Positions 36,939-47,004 are shown, counted from the first letter of the stretch. The stretch: DNA of 64,000 nt from Candidatus Spongiisociaceae bacterium (GCA_965219685.1 CBDCOH010000002.1:3616001-3680000), one strand, 5' to 3'. Notes: a model not told the origin generated them from the sequence alone. A program made the numbers and translations.

Positions 36939-39900
36939 ATGACGAGTTGGCGGCCCAGGGGTCGATTGGCGTACTTCGCGGCGCTGGCGATGCTGGTGGG
37001 GATACTGGTCTCGGTCCCGGTGTCGGCCGGTGCCCAGGACGCGGAGGGGGACGACGGGTTCGTCCTCACGATCCTGCACAACAACGATGGCGAGTCGAAG
37101 CTCCTACCCGACGACGGTTCGGATCCGGGCGTGGCACGTTTCGTGGCGCTGATGAGACAGCTGCAGGCCACCGCGGCCGGCGAGGCGGTCGTGACGCTCA
37201 CCTCGGGTGACAACTTCCTGGCCTCCCAGGAGTTCGGAGTCTCGCTGGCGCGCGAGGGGCCCCTTTACGACTCGGTCGCCCTGAGCGGTGTCTACGACGC
37301 GATGGCGCTGGGCAACCATGACTTCGACATGGGCCCGGAGGTCACCGCCCGGTTCATCAGGGGCTTCGATCCGGCCATCCCGTTCCTGTCGGCCAACCTC
37401 GACTTCTCCGCCGAGCCGGAACTGCAGGCTCTGGTCGACCAGGGCCTCATCGCCGGTAGCACGGTGCTGGACAAGGGGCCGGTGCGGGTCGGTGTGATCG
37501 GTGCGGTCACGCCGATGCTGCCGAACATCTCGAGCCCCCGCAACGTGGCGGTCTCCCCGGTGCTGGCGGCTGTCCAAGCCGAAGTGGAGAGCCTCGAGGC
37601 CCAGGGGATCAACGTGATCGTCCTGGTCAGCCACCTTCAGGATGTCGCCGAGGAGATCGAGCTCGTGGCGAGCCTGTCCGGCGTGGACGTGGTGATCGCG
37701 GGCGGCGGCGACGACCTGTTGCGCAACGAGGGTGACACCTGCCTGCCCGACGAGGAGGCTGTGGCTCCCTACCCGATCATGGTGGAGGACGCCGCGGGGG
37801 CGATGGTTCCGGTGGTTACGGCACCGGGCGGGTACCGCTGCATCGGCATGCTCGATGTGAAGTTCGACGCGGCGGGGAACGTGGTGGCCGCCGATGGCAG
37901 CTCCGTCGGGGTCGGTTTCGAGGTGGAGCCCGATCCAGGCGTGCAGGCCAACGTGATCGAACCGCTGACCGCGGCCGTCGCCCGGATCAGTTCCGAAGTG
38001 ATCGGCACCAGCGAAGTCGAGTTGGACGCCCGCAAGCCGATGATCCGGACGGTGGCGACCAACGAGGGCAACCTGATGGCCGACGCGCTGCGGGCGGCCG
38101 CCGTCAACCTGGCGGAGAAGTTCGGCAGCCCCGTACCGGATGTCGCCATCCAGAACGGCGGGGGCATCCGCAACGACTCGGTGATACCCCCGGGTGAGAT
38201 CACGGTGGGGACCACGTGGGACATCGCCCCGTTCCGCAACTTCGTGGTGGTGGGCGAGGTGCCCCGTGACGTATTCCACGTCCTGCTGGAGCAGGCACTG
38301 GACCGCCTGCCGGGAGCCGGGGGCCAGTTCGCCCAGGTTTCGGGCTTCACCCTTACCTACGACCCGTCCGCTCCCGCCAGAGAGATCGCCCGGGACGGCG
38401 ACTGCTCCCTGGTCGGCAATCCCGGCGGGCGGGTGCAGGAAGTGGTGCTCGACGATGGCACCGTGATCGTCACCGGCGGCCAGGTCGTGCCCGGCGATCC
38501 GGTGGCGCTGGCCACCATCGACTTCCTCGTCGGCGGCGGGGACTGCTACCCGTTGACGGAAATCGAGTTCACCAAACTCGGTGTCAGCTATCAGCAGGCG
38601 CTGGCCAACTACATCTCCGAGGATCTGGGCGGGAAGATCACCGCCGAGGACTACCCGGTCGGCGGCGGGGGCAGGATCGTTGCCCTTGAGCCCGAACCGG
38701 AGCCCGAGCCCCAGCCGGAACCCGAACTCTTGCCGGAACCGGAACTGGAACCCATTTTCGAGACGGTGACGGTGAAGCCCGGCGACACGCTCCGCAAGAT
38801 CGCCATGGCGTACCTGGGCGACGAGACGCGCTGGCCCGAGATCTACGCACTGAATAGGGGCGTAGTCCAGGCCGATGGCAGGAAGCTGACCAACCCCAAC
38901 GTGATCCGCATCGGTTGGGTGCTCCGGATCGACGTGGGGCCGGAGCCGTTGCCGATCGATCCGGATGCGCGAGTCGGCACCCTCGACAACGGATTCACCT
39001 ACTACCTGCGTAGCAACGACCGGCCCGGCAACAGCATGACGATGCGGCTGGTTGTCAACGCAGGGTCGGCCAACGAACCCGCTCCGGGTCTCGGGATCGC
39101 CCACTACGTGGAGCACATGGTTCTGAGGGGTACGGAGGAGTATCCCGATGAGGTCTTCAGCGCGACGGTCCGGAACCTTGGCGCGGAGTTGGGTCCCGAC
39201 ACCAACGCGTACGTCTGGTACGACCAGACGGTCTACGAGTTGACGGTGGCAGCCGACGAGCCGGAGAAGGTCAGTACCGCCCTGCACATGCTATCGCAGC
39301 TGGCCCATGCGGCCACTCTCAGCCCGGAGGCTACGGAGAGCGAAAGGGGGGTGGTGATCGACGAACTGCGTTTCAGGACCGCCACCGGCAGTGGCCAGAT
39401 CTCCGCCGAGTTCGACCGTATCTACACGGAGGGCACACCTTACGAGGGCTACTACGCCATCGGCACTATTCCGGCAATCGAGGCGACGACCGCCGAGGAC
39501 CTGCGGGCGTTCTACGAGACGTGGTACGTACCTTCGAACCTGGCCATCGTGGCGGTGGGCGACATGCCAATCGACGAGTTGCAGGCCCTGGTGGAGGAGC
39601 ACTTCGGGCCGATTCCGCCCGGAGAGCCCCCGCCGTTCTCCCTGCCGGAGGTCGTTCCCGATCCCGAACCTTCGTACCACGTGGTCACCCATGAAGAGCA
39701 GGCATTCAACTTCATCTCTCTCGACATTCCCATCCCGGCCTCCTCTCCCGGTTCGTACGAGGGGCAGCGCCTGGCTCTGATGGAAAGGCTCATCCAGCTG
39801 ATGGTGCTGAACCGGCTCGAGGACGCCTACTACCGGGGCGAACTCACCCAGGTCGACCGCCCGTCCTTCATTACGTTCACCCACGGCAACGCGCTGCGGT

Positions 39901-41675
39901 ACTACGGCACGAACTGGCAGGGGGATGATCTCGCGACGGCCTCCGCCGCGTACATGTCGGTGCTGCTCACCATCGGTGAGTTCGGCTTCGCGGAGCCCGA
40001 CCTGGACCGGGCCACGGAGCAGCTCGTGACCGCCTTGGAGCAGGAACTGGAGAGTGCCGCCACCATCAACGACCCGGCGTACGCGGACAGCTACCTGTCA
40101 CACTTCCTGTTCGGTGGCGACATCAGCGCCCCGCAGGATCGGCACGACCGGCTCATCGCCCTGCTGGGCGAGATGCAGGCCGAGCATCTGACAGCTCGCT
40201 ACCGCTGGATGATGGACAGGGCAGGGCCGCTCTTCATCGCGGTCGGCCCCGACCCTGCCGGCCTGCCCACGACCGCCGAACTCGCGGCCGCGGTCTCCGC
40301 CGCCGTCCCCCGCAGCGAGCCGCCGCCGGTGGAGGAGTCGATCGAAGAGCTGATGCCGCTTCCCGAACCGGTGGAGCCGGTGAGGAGCAGCCGGCTGGAC
40401 GAGTTGGAGGGCTTCGAGTGGGAGTTCGCCAACGGGGCGACGGTGGTGTTCGTCCACTCCGAGATCGCGGAGGCAACCGTAGACATCCGGGCGCGGTCGC
40501 TGGGGGGATGGTCGCAACTCGAACCGGGAGCGCGCGCTCTTGCGCCTCGGGCCGTCGAGGCCGTCCTAGGGAGCGGGTTCGGCGACTTGTCGAAGTCGCA
40601 GATCAACCGCTTCCTCGACGAGAGCACCGCTTCGGTGAGCGCGGTGATCGGCGAGCGCGTGGAGGGCTTAAACGGCGCTTCGAATCCAGACGACCTCGAG
40701 ACGGTTTTCCAGCTGATGCACCTGCTGGTCACCGCCCCCAGGGTGGACGACGTCGCCTTCGGCCAGGCCTTCAACGGGGCCAGGATCCGGACGCAGCTGG
40801 CCGAGGTGAACCCCGCATGGCAGGCCTGGGTCGCCTACAACGAGGCCCGTTACGGCTTGGAGTGGCACCGGCCGGTGGCGACCCATGAGCAACTCGCGGC
40901 GATGAGCGCCGAGTCGCTGCTCGATCTGTTCCAGCGTCGCCTCGGCGACGTGGACGATCTCCTGGTCGCGGTGGTCGGCGATGTCGACGCCGAGGTGGTC
41001 GAGCGCCTCGCCCGCTACTACATAGGAACCCTCCCCGCAGGTGACGCGGACACCTTCGTCGACCGCCACCGACCCTTCCCCGAAGGGGTCACAAGGCGCG
41101 AGATACCGGACGGCCCGGAGACGAGTGCGGTTCTGGAGATCTCCCACGAGGCCGAGTTGGCGGTGACCCCGTCCGTGCGGGTCAACGCCCACGTGCTCCG
41201 GGTGCTTCTCGACGAACGGCTGCTCATCCAGGTCAGGGAGGAGTTGGGTGAATCCTACGTGGTGTACTCCAGGATCACCCCGGCTCTGATTCCCAGGCCC
41301 ACGGTCTATTCGGACATCGTGCTGACGGTCGACGCCGAAGGCCTTGAGGATGCCCATTCCACGGTCCTCTCGATCCTGGCGAATCTGGTCGCCAACGGCC
41401 CGACGGCGGAGGAGCTCCAGCAGGCCAGAGCCGTCGCGGCGGCCGACTACGACAAGATCACCAACAGCACCCTGCTCAACGTGCTGACGGAGCGTCTGTA
41501 CACCAGCGATGACAACGTCCTCACATCAAAGGGCTCCGTCGAGGCACTCGAGAAGGTCACCGCAGCCACCGTTCAGGCGTTGGCCGCCGATCTCTACGAC
41601 ACGGAGGACCGGATCGAGATCGTCCGCGTCCCTACCTCCGCGGAGGAGACAACCGAGTCCGGTGACGCCGGCTAA
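36939..41675 (+). CDS. Secreted fusion: 5'-nucleotidase (metallophosphoesterase + 5_nucleotid_C) - LysM - M16 (PqqL-like) zinc peptidase
   Basis: AAGGAG RBS and signal peptide AGA|QD; ILHNNDGES, GDNF, GNHDFD, NGGGIR; (PE)n linker; VKPGDTL..IA LysM; GTLDNG.TYY, HYVEH (HxxEH), ERGVV..E, second M16 half ANGATV..VREELG. Confidence 0.88.
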   Translation: MTSWRPRGRLAYFAALAMLVGILVSVPVSAGAQDAEGDDGFVLTILHNNDGESKLLPDDGSDPGVARFVALMRQLQATAAGEAVVTLTSGDNFLASQEFGVSLAREGPLYDSVALSGVYDAMALGNHDFDMGPEVTARFIRGFDPAIPFLSANLDFSAEPELQALVDQGLIAGSTVLDKGPVRVGVIGAVTPMLPNISSPRNVAVSPVLAAVQAEVESLEAQGINVIVLVSHLQDVAEEIELVASLSGVDVVIAGGGDDLLRNEGDTCLPDEEAVAPYPIMVEDAAGAMVPVVTAPGGYRCIGMLDVKFDAAGNVVAADGSSVGVGFEVEPDPGVQANVIEPLTAAVARISSEVIGTSEVELDARKPMIRTVATNEGNLMADALRAAAVNLAEKFGSPVPDVAIQNGGGIRNDSVIPPGEITVGTTWDIAPFRNFVVVGEVPRDVFHVLLEQALDRLPGAGGQFAQVSGFTLTYDPSAPAREIARDGDCSLVGNPGGRVQEVVLDDGTVIVTGGQVVPGDPVALATIDFLVGGGDCYPLTEIEFTKLGVSYQQALANYISEDLGGKITAEDYPVGGGGRIVALEPEPEPEPQPEPELLPEPELEPIFETVTVKPGDTLRKIAMAYLGDETRWPEIYALNRGVVQADGRKLTNPNVIRIGWVLRIDVGPEPLPIDPDARVGTLDNGFTYYLRSNDRPGNSMTMRLVVNAGSANEPAPGLGIAHYVEHMVLRGTEEYPDEVFSATVRNLGAELGPDTNAYVWYDQTVYELTVAADEPEKVSTALHMLSQLAHAATLSPEATESERGVVIDELRFRTATGSGQISAEFDRIYTEGTPYEGYYAIGTIPAIEATTAEDLRAFYETWYVPSNLAIVAVGDMPIDELQALVEEHFGPIPPGEPPPFSLPEVVPDPEPSYHVVTHEEQAFNFISLDIPIPASSPGSYEGQRLALMERLIQLMVLNRLEDAYYRGELTQVDRPSFITFTHGNALRYYGTNWQGDDLATASAAYMSVLLTIGEFGFAEPDLDRATEQLVTALEQELESAATINDPAYADSYLSHFLFGGDISAPQDRHDRLIALLGEMQAEHLTARYRWMMDRAGPLFIAVGPDPAGLPTTAELAAAVSAAVPRSEPPPVEESIEELMPLPEPVEPVRSSRLDELEGFEWEFANGATVVFVHSEIAEATVDIRARSLGGWSQLEPGARALAPRAVEAVLGSGFGDLSKSQINRFLDESTASVSAVIGERVEGLNGASNPDDLETVFQLMHLLVTAPRVDDVAFGQAFNGARIRTQLAEVNPAWQAWVAYNEARYGLEWHRPVATHEQLAAMSAESLLDLFQRRLGDVDDLLVAVVGDVDAEVVERLARYYIGTLPAGDADTFVDRHRPFPEGVTRREIPDGPETSAVLEISHEAELAVTPSVRVNAHVLRVLLDERLLIQVREELGESYVVYSRITPALIPRPTVYSDIVLTVDAEGLEDAHSTVLSILANLVANGPTAEELQQARAVAAADYDKITNSTLLNVLTERLYTSDDNVLTSKGSVEALEKVTAATVQALAADLYDTEDRIEIVRVPTSAEETTESGDAG

Positions 41676-41687
41676 GGCTATAGCCCT

Positions 41688-41739
41688 GTTATGACATTCT
41701 TGTTTTTCGCGATCCCCGCGGAAACAAGAATGTCATAAC
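41688..41739. terminator. 52-bp near-perfect hairpin after the fusion gene (terminator or REP/MITE-like)
   Basis: GTTATGACATTCTTGTTT...AAACAAGAATGTCATAAC, 18-bp perfect arms. Confidence 0.6.
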
Positions 41740-41874
41740 TATGTTGGGGCTGTGAGGACCGGCGGACATGCCGGCAGGTGATTGACAGACCTTCCGGATG
41801 AGAGTCCATCACTTCCAGTCCGTTCCGCCGGTGCCGGCCTCGACCCCTCTGTGGGGTGAGGGGAGGAGTTAAGG

Positions 41875-42663
41875 ATGGGCGTCGAACGGTTCGAGCTTTC
41901 GGGACGGCGGGTGATCGTAACGGGCGGTTCGCGGGGCCTCGGCCTCGGGATGGGGATCGGCATGGCCCAGGCGGGCGCCGAGGTGTGGGCTCTGGACATT
42001 CTCGAGGAGCGCTTCGACACGGCCCGGGCGGAAGCGGGCGAGGCCGGGGTCGCAATCGAGTTCGTGGGTTGCGACGTTAGGAGCCCGGAACAGGTGGGGG
42101 AGGTGGCCGCCCGATGCGACGACGGCACGCCGTTGGTGCTGCTGAACAACGCCGGGATCGGAGAGCGTACCCCGATGGCGGATCTGCCCTACGAGGAGTG
42201 GTCGAAGGTCTTGGACGTCAACACCTACGGTGTGTTCGTATGCGCCCGGGCGTTCGGTGAGGTCATGCTGAGCCAGGGAGGCGGCTCGATCATCAACATC
42301 GCCTCCGTCTACGGCTTTCTCGGCCCGGATCCACGAATGTATACCTTCTACGACGGGGGCCCCTCGTCGGCTGCTTACGGCGCCAGCAAGGGAGGGGTGA
42401 TCGCGATCACCCGATCACTGGCGGCGGGATGGGCGGCGCGCGGGGTGCGGGTCAACTCCATCTCGCCGGGAATGTTCATCACCGACCAGACATCCGACAT
42501 CGTCGACGAGACCGGCAAGGCGACCATCCTCGGGAGGACCCCGATGGCCCGGTTCGGCCGTCCCGACGACCTGGTGGGCGCCGCCATCTTCCTCGCGTCG
42601 GACGCCTCCTCCTTCGTAACAGGACACAACCTGGTGGTCGACGGTGGATGGTCCATTTGGTAG
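41875..42663 (+). CDS. Short-chain dehydrogenase/reductase (gluconate 5-DH/KduD-like)
   Basis: TGGSRGLG, NNAG, YGASKG, VNSISPG, FVTGHNLVVDGG. Confidence 0.92.
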   Translation: MGVERFELSGRRVIVTGGSRGLGLGMGIGMAQAGAEVWALDILEERFDTARAEAGEAGVAIEFVGCDVRSPEQVGEVAARCDDGTPLVLLNNAGIGERTPMADLPYEEWSKVLDVNTYGVFVCARAFGEVMLSQGGGSIINIASVYGFLGPDPRMYTFYDGGPSSAAYGASKGGVIAITRSLAAGWAARGVRVNSISPGMFITDQTSDIVDETGKATILGRTPMARFGRPDDLVGAAIFLASDASSFVTGHNLVVDGGWSIW

Positions 42664-42702
42664 ACCGAACGCTATCGCACCACCTCAAGTCCCGGAGAGG
42701 GT

Positions 42703-43200
42703 TCAGCGATCAACGCACGAGTAGATGATCTGTACCCTCGTTCCCGCTATCGCCCCGCCGCTCTTGGAGCTGAACGTCGGGGTTCCGTCATCCGCCCAGA
42801 CCGCCACGCCTCGACTCTCGACGTAGATGCTGAACCCGTCCCGAGCGGACAAACGAACGGCGTCGGCCAACCCGTATCCGCGCCATAGCTCTCCCGAAGA
42901 GGAGACCCCCGCAGTCAACGCTCGTTCGACAGCCTCGTGGTCCTTCAGATCGGGGAAGGCCCGTCTCATGGTCTCGGGAATACCGACACCATCATCCTGG
43001 ACGGTGATGATCACCTGCTGTCTGTCCCGTTCCGTGAAGACGTTGCCCGCTGCTTCCGCCCAGTGCAACACGTTGAGGCATAGCTCGGTAACGACCGATG
43101 TCAGAGCCGCCAGATCGTTCGGGGGGGCCGGTACCAACTCAGCAACCCGCCGGGCGGCTTCCGAAGGGGACCGCACAGGGAAGTTGTCCAAGGGGGTCAT
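42703..43200 (-). CDS. Stand-alone GHKL/HATPase-like ATP-binding protein
   Basis: EL..N (N-box), VQDDGVGI (G1), GVSS...RGYGL (G2), GTRV (G3). Confidence 0.75.
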   Translation of the reverse strand: MTPLDNFPVRSPSEAARRVAELVPAPPNDLAALTSVVTELCLNVLHWAEAAGNVFTERDRQQVIITVQDDGVGIPETMRRAFPDLKDHEAVERALTAGVSSSGELWRGYGLADAVRLSARDGFSIYVESRGVAVWADDGTPTFSSKSGGAIAGTRVQIIYSCVDR

Positions 43201-43517
43201 GCGTTGAGTAGTTTGGGCCTCACCTTGCTCTTCGACGTGATCATGGCCAAGTCGATGAAGCGCCAGAGGCGATCCAGCGCCTCCGCTCGCGGTAGCGGTT
43301 CCGAGCTAGACGGATCCAGGGTGGCCCACTGCCAGTAGTTGACGGTGCAATTGGTGCCGATGGCTACGTAGAGCACCGGGTTCTCTCCGAGAGATTCGAG
43401 CATTATCCGGCACGGCAGATCCGGCCGGAGCATGGTCTCCAGAGAGGCGGGACCGACCCTGATCCAATCGAATCTCTCCGCCCTGATCTCGTCGAGCCAG
43501 TCAGTTCCTACCCGCAT
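43197..43517 (-). CDS. Hypothetical protein coupled to the HATPase gene
   Basis: 106-aa ORF with ATGA overlap; TATCAT -10-like sequence just upstream; no recognised motif. Confidence 0.55.
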   Translation of the reverse strand: MRVGTDWLDEIRAERFDWIRVGPASLETMLRPDLPCRIMLESLGENPVLYVAIGTNCTVNYWQWATLDPSSSEPLPRAEALDRLWRFIDLAMITSKSKVRPKLLNA

Positions 43518-43567
43518 GGATCACATGATATAGGGGTACCCAGCGCTGCAAGCGAAAGGCACTCGCG

Positions 43568-43614
43568 TTCGTAACCGGACACAACCTGGTGGTCGACGGC
43601 GGCTGGTCGATCTG
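43568..43614 (+). repeat. Displaced duplicate of the SDR 3' end (direct repeat of 42613-42659)
   Basis: 42/47 nt identical, all 5 differences synonymous at third codon positions. Confidence 0.92.
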
Positions 43615-43690
43615 CCCAGGAGTGGTGGTTGGTGACTTGTGGCTGGTGGCTGGTGAATAGTGGTTAGTGATCACTTGAGGCGGGTGCGGC

Positions 43691-43843
43691 TCAGGTACGT
43701 CTGCTCAGCGCGCTACCCAGCGCTACCCCGACGCCGACTCCAATTGCGATGCCGACAGCGATGTTGCCGACCAGAGCGCCCAAGCCTGTGCCGACTCCAG
43801 CACCAAGTGCGATGGCAAGTCCGAGCCGTTTGTTTGATCTCAT
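43691..43843 (-). CDS. Small glycine-zipper membrane protein
   Basis: MRSNKRLGLAIALGAGVGTGLGALVGNIAVGIAIGVGVGVALG: GxxxG repeats, two TM helices. Confidence 0.65.
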   Translation of the reverse strand: MRSNKRLGLAIALGAGVGTGLGALVGNIAVGIAIGVGVGVALGSALSRRT

Positions 43844-43911
43844 CGATTGTGGATCGTACCTGTCACCCGACAACCGTCAACTGGCTACTGTGAGTCCATG
43901 AAGGTCGGTTC

Positions 43912-45039
43912 GTGAATCAGGAGGGCATCCGGAGCCTCTTTCCGGTGCTGGCGGAGCGGGCGTACCTGTTCAGCGGGGGTCTGGCGCCGGCATCGATCCA
44001 CACCCGGGATGCAATCGCTCGGTTCGCCGACGAGAGTACCTTCGACCCGAACGACCGCTACGACCGCCTGGACGACGAGTACCGGGTTGTCCAGGGGTTG
44101 TTCGCGGCGTTGATCGGGGCGGATCCCGGCGAGGTGGTCATAACCGGCAGCACCGGTGCCGGTTCCAACCTGGCGGTGGAGATACTCGATGCGTTCCCGG
44201 GTTCCAACGTCGTGTTCGACACGCTCACCTACCCCTCCTCGGTGTACCCGTGGATGCTCCATGGTCGAGATGTCGAGTGCCGTTTCGTGGAACCCCGGGA
44301 CGGGATGGTCCACATGGATGACCTGGCCGAAGCGGTGGACGACGAGACCATCGCGCTGAGCGTGTCCCACGTGTGTCACATGACCGGATTCCGGCACGAT
44401 CTGGACGCCCTGGGAACCCTGGCCGCCGACCACGATGCGGCGCTGGCCGTGGACGCCATGCAGTCGGCCGGGGCGGTCCGGATCGACGTGCATCGGTCGG
44501 GGGTCCACTTCCTCGCCTGTGGCGCCATGAAGTGGCTGCTGGGGACGGCCGGGGTGGGGTTCCTGTACGTCGACCGGCGCTACCTCGACCGTAAGCCTCC
44601 CCGGACCGGGCTCATCGGGATCGAGTACGACTATCCGTCGTGGCCAGAGTTCGAGTTGGTTCCCAGGCCCGGCGCAGACCGGTTCCGTCTGGGCGCCCCA
44701 CCCCAGATCGGGCTGGCCGCCACCATCCCCGGGCTGCGGATACTGGCGGATGCCGGCATGGGGCAGGTCGAGGAGTACGTACTGGACCTGGCGGGATACT
44801 GCATCGATGAGCTTCTGTCCCGCGGTCTCGATCTGTTCACGCAGCCCGACCCGCGCCGGCGGGCCGGGATAGTCGCCATCCGAATGGAGCACCCGGGGCC
44901 CATGTGCGATCTGATGAGGGAGAGGGGGGTGGACGGCTGGCACTACGCGGACATGCTGCGGGTGGATCCTCACCTGTTCAACAACCGGGAGGACATCGAC
45001 AGGTTCCTGGCCGTGATCGACGAGGTGAACGAGGCCTGA
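43912..45039 (+). CDS. Class V PLP enzyme (cysteine desulfurase/kynureninase-like)
   Basis: FP...AYL, SVSHV...TGFR.DL, VDAMQSAG, MKWLLG..GVGF, R..PH.FN. Confidence 0.88.
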   Translation: MNQEGIRSLFPVLAERAYLFSGGLAPASIHTRDAIARFADESTFDPNDRYDRLDDEYRVVQGLFAALIGADPGEVVITGSTGAGSNLAVEILDAFPGSNVVFDTLTYPSSVYPWMLHGRDVECRFVEPRDGMVHMDDLAEAVDDETIALSVSHVCHMTGFRHDLDALGTLAADHDAALAVDAMQSAGAVRIDVHRSGVHFLACGAMKWLLGTAGVGFLYVDRRYLDRKPPRTGLIGIEYDYPSWPEFELVPRPGADRFRLGAPPQIGLAATIPGLRILADAGMGQVEEYVLDLAGYCIDELLSRGLDLFTQPDPRRRAGIVAIRMEHPGPMCDLMRERGVDGWHYADMLRVDPHLFNNREDIDRFLAVIDEVNEA

Positions 45040-45075
45040 CCACAGGACGGATCGTGGAGGATGTGAGAGGTGAGC

Positions 45076-47004
45076 ATGAGCAGCCGAGTCGAACGCAACC
45101 AGTTGGTGGCCCTGAGCGACGGCGAGACACTGGCGGTGGATGTCCACCTACCGGACGAACAGCCGTCCCCTGCCATCGTGAGCTACTACCCGTATCACAA
45201 GGACGACGTGATCGGGGGCTTCTTCGAATACGCCAACCGCTACTTCGCCGAGCAGGGCTACGCATCGGTGCTGGCTGACTTCCGGGGACTGGGAAGCTCC
45301 AGCGGGCTGCCCGGCGAGGCGATGAACGCCCGGGAGGCGGACGACGGGGCGGAGTTGGTGGAGTGGATCGCCGCCCAGCCGTGGTGCGACGGTTCGGTGG
45401 GGATGTGGGGACTCTCCTACGGCGGCATCACCTCCTTCAAGACCGCCGCGGTCCGCCCGCCCCACCTGAAGGCGATCGTGCCGGTCATCGGATCAGCCGA
45501 CATCTACCTGGACTGGGTGTATCCGGGAGGGTGCCTCAACTGCCTCGGCCTGATGGGCTGGGGTTCGTACATGGTGGCGATGCAGATGGTGCAGCCCATG
45601 TTCCAGGACCCGGAGGGGCGCTGGATGGAGGTGTGGTGGAACCGGCTCCACAACGCCCGCCCCTACATCCTCGACTGGCATTCACATCCCGAGCGCGATG
45701 CCTTCTGGGACTCGAAGACCACCGCGGTGGAGGACATCGACGTGCCCACCTTCCTGATCGGGGGATGGCGGGACATCTTTCCCGAAGGCATGGTGTCCCC
45801 TTATGGCCGCCTGGCGGGACCGCGCAAGCTGCTGATGGGCCCCTGGCTGCATGGTGCTCCCGACCAGTCGCCCTTCGAACCGGTCGACTACCTGGCTGAG
45901 ATCACCCGCTGGTGGGACCGGTGGCTGCGCGGTGAATCCAACGGTGTCGACGACGAAGCGCCGGTCACCCTCTACGTGCAGGCCGGCGAGGGGAGAGAGG
46001 GCCGCTGGAAGCAGGAACAGGCATGGCCCGTTCCCACGGCCGAGGACACTGTCCTGTTCCTTGATCGAGAAGGACTGTCTCCGACGGTGGCGGAACGGAG
46101 CGGGAGCCGGTCTTACAGGGCCGATCCGACGCTCGGGTCTCTCTCGGTGCTGTGGGATCCGATGGCGTTGGGCCTGGGAAACCCGCAGAACCAGGCGCCC
46201 GAGGACGTGCTGTCCCTTGCCTGCACCTCGGAGCCGCTCGACGCCGCTATGGAGATCACCGGCTCCCCCGAGGCGGTCCTCTATGTGAGCGTGGAGGACG
46301 GTGACGACGTGAATCTGGTCGTCAAGCTGTGCGATGTGGCGCCGTCCGGACACTCGACGCTCATATCCACCGGGTGGCTGAAGTTGAACCACCGGGATTC
46401 CCACCGCCGATCCGTGGCCTTGGTCCCCGGCGAGGTGGTCGAGGCACGGGTCGCCGTATGGGCGACCTCCTACGAGGTGGCTGCCGGACACCGGCTCCGG
46501 GTCTCGGTGTCCTGTGCCGACTTCCCCAGGATCTGGCCCACCATCACCAACCCCCTCATCCGTCTGCACACCGGCGGTGACTACCCCTCGCGAATCACCC
46601 TTCCGGTGGTTCCCGCCGAGGCGTCCGGACCAAGGGTGGACATGCCCCGCCCGGACCCCGGTCTCGACCGCGCGCCGCTGGGAATCGACTACACACCCAA
46701 GCACACTGTGGTCCGCGACCACGCCAAGCAGGCAGTCACGGTGGAGGCAGGCTTCAGTTCTACGATGCACACCCCCAGCATGGACGGCCGGGCCCACGTC
46801 GACACCGAGGCCATCGCCACCGTGTCGCGTCACCGCCCTGACGGTGCCCGCCTGGAAGGCAACACCACCTTCGTGCTCGATACCCCGTCCGGAAGCCGGG
46901 TCGTGGTGGAGGCCCGCACCCGGATCTCCGCCCGTGAGTTGACCGCCTGGGGCCGAGTCGAAGCCGACGGAGTCCTCATCTTCGAGCACCGCTGGCACTC
47001 GTAG
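45076..47004 (+). CDS. CocE/NonD-family serine hydrolase (PepX_C domain)
   Basis: YYPYHK, DFRG.G.S.G, QPWCDG.VGMWGLSYGG, GGW.D, GPW.H, GHRLR. Confidence 0.92.
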   Translation: MSSRVERNQLVALSDGETLAVDVHLPDEQPSPAIVSYYPYHKDDVIGGFFEYANRYFAEQGYASVLADFRGLGSSSGLPGEAMNAREADDGAELVEWIAAQPWCDGSVGMWGLSYGGITSFKTAAVRPPHLKAIVPVIGSADIYLDWVYPGGCLNCLGLMGWGSYMVAMQMVQPMFQDPEGRWMEVWWNRLHNARPYILDWHSHPERDAFWDSKTTAVEDIDVPTFLIGGWRDIFPEGMVSPYGRLAGPRKLLMGPWLHGAPDQSPFEPVDYLAEITRWWDRWLRGESNGVDDEAPVTLYVQAGEGREGRWKQEQAWPVPTAEDTVLFLDREGLSPTVAERSGSRSYRADPTLGSLSVLWDPMALGLGNPQNQAPEDVLSLACTSEPLDAAMEITGSPEAVLYVSVEDGDDVNLVVKLCDVAPSGHSTLISTGWLKLNHRDSHRRSVALVPGEVVEARVAVWATSYEVAAGHRLRVSVSCADFPRIWPTITNPLIRLHTGGDYPSRITLPVVPAEASGPRVDMPRPDPGLDRAPLGIDYTPKHTVVRDHAKQAVTVEAGFSSTMHTPSMDGRAHVDTEAIATVSRHRPDGARLEGNTTFVLDTPSGSRVVVEARTRISARELTAWGRVEADGVLIFEHRWHS

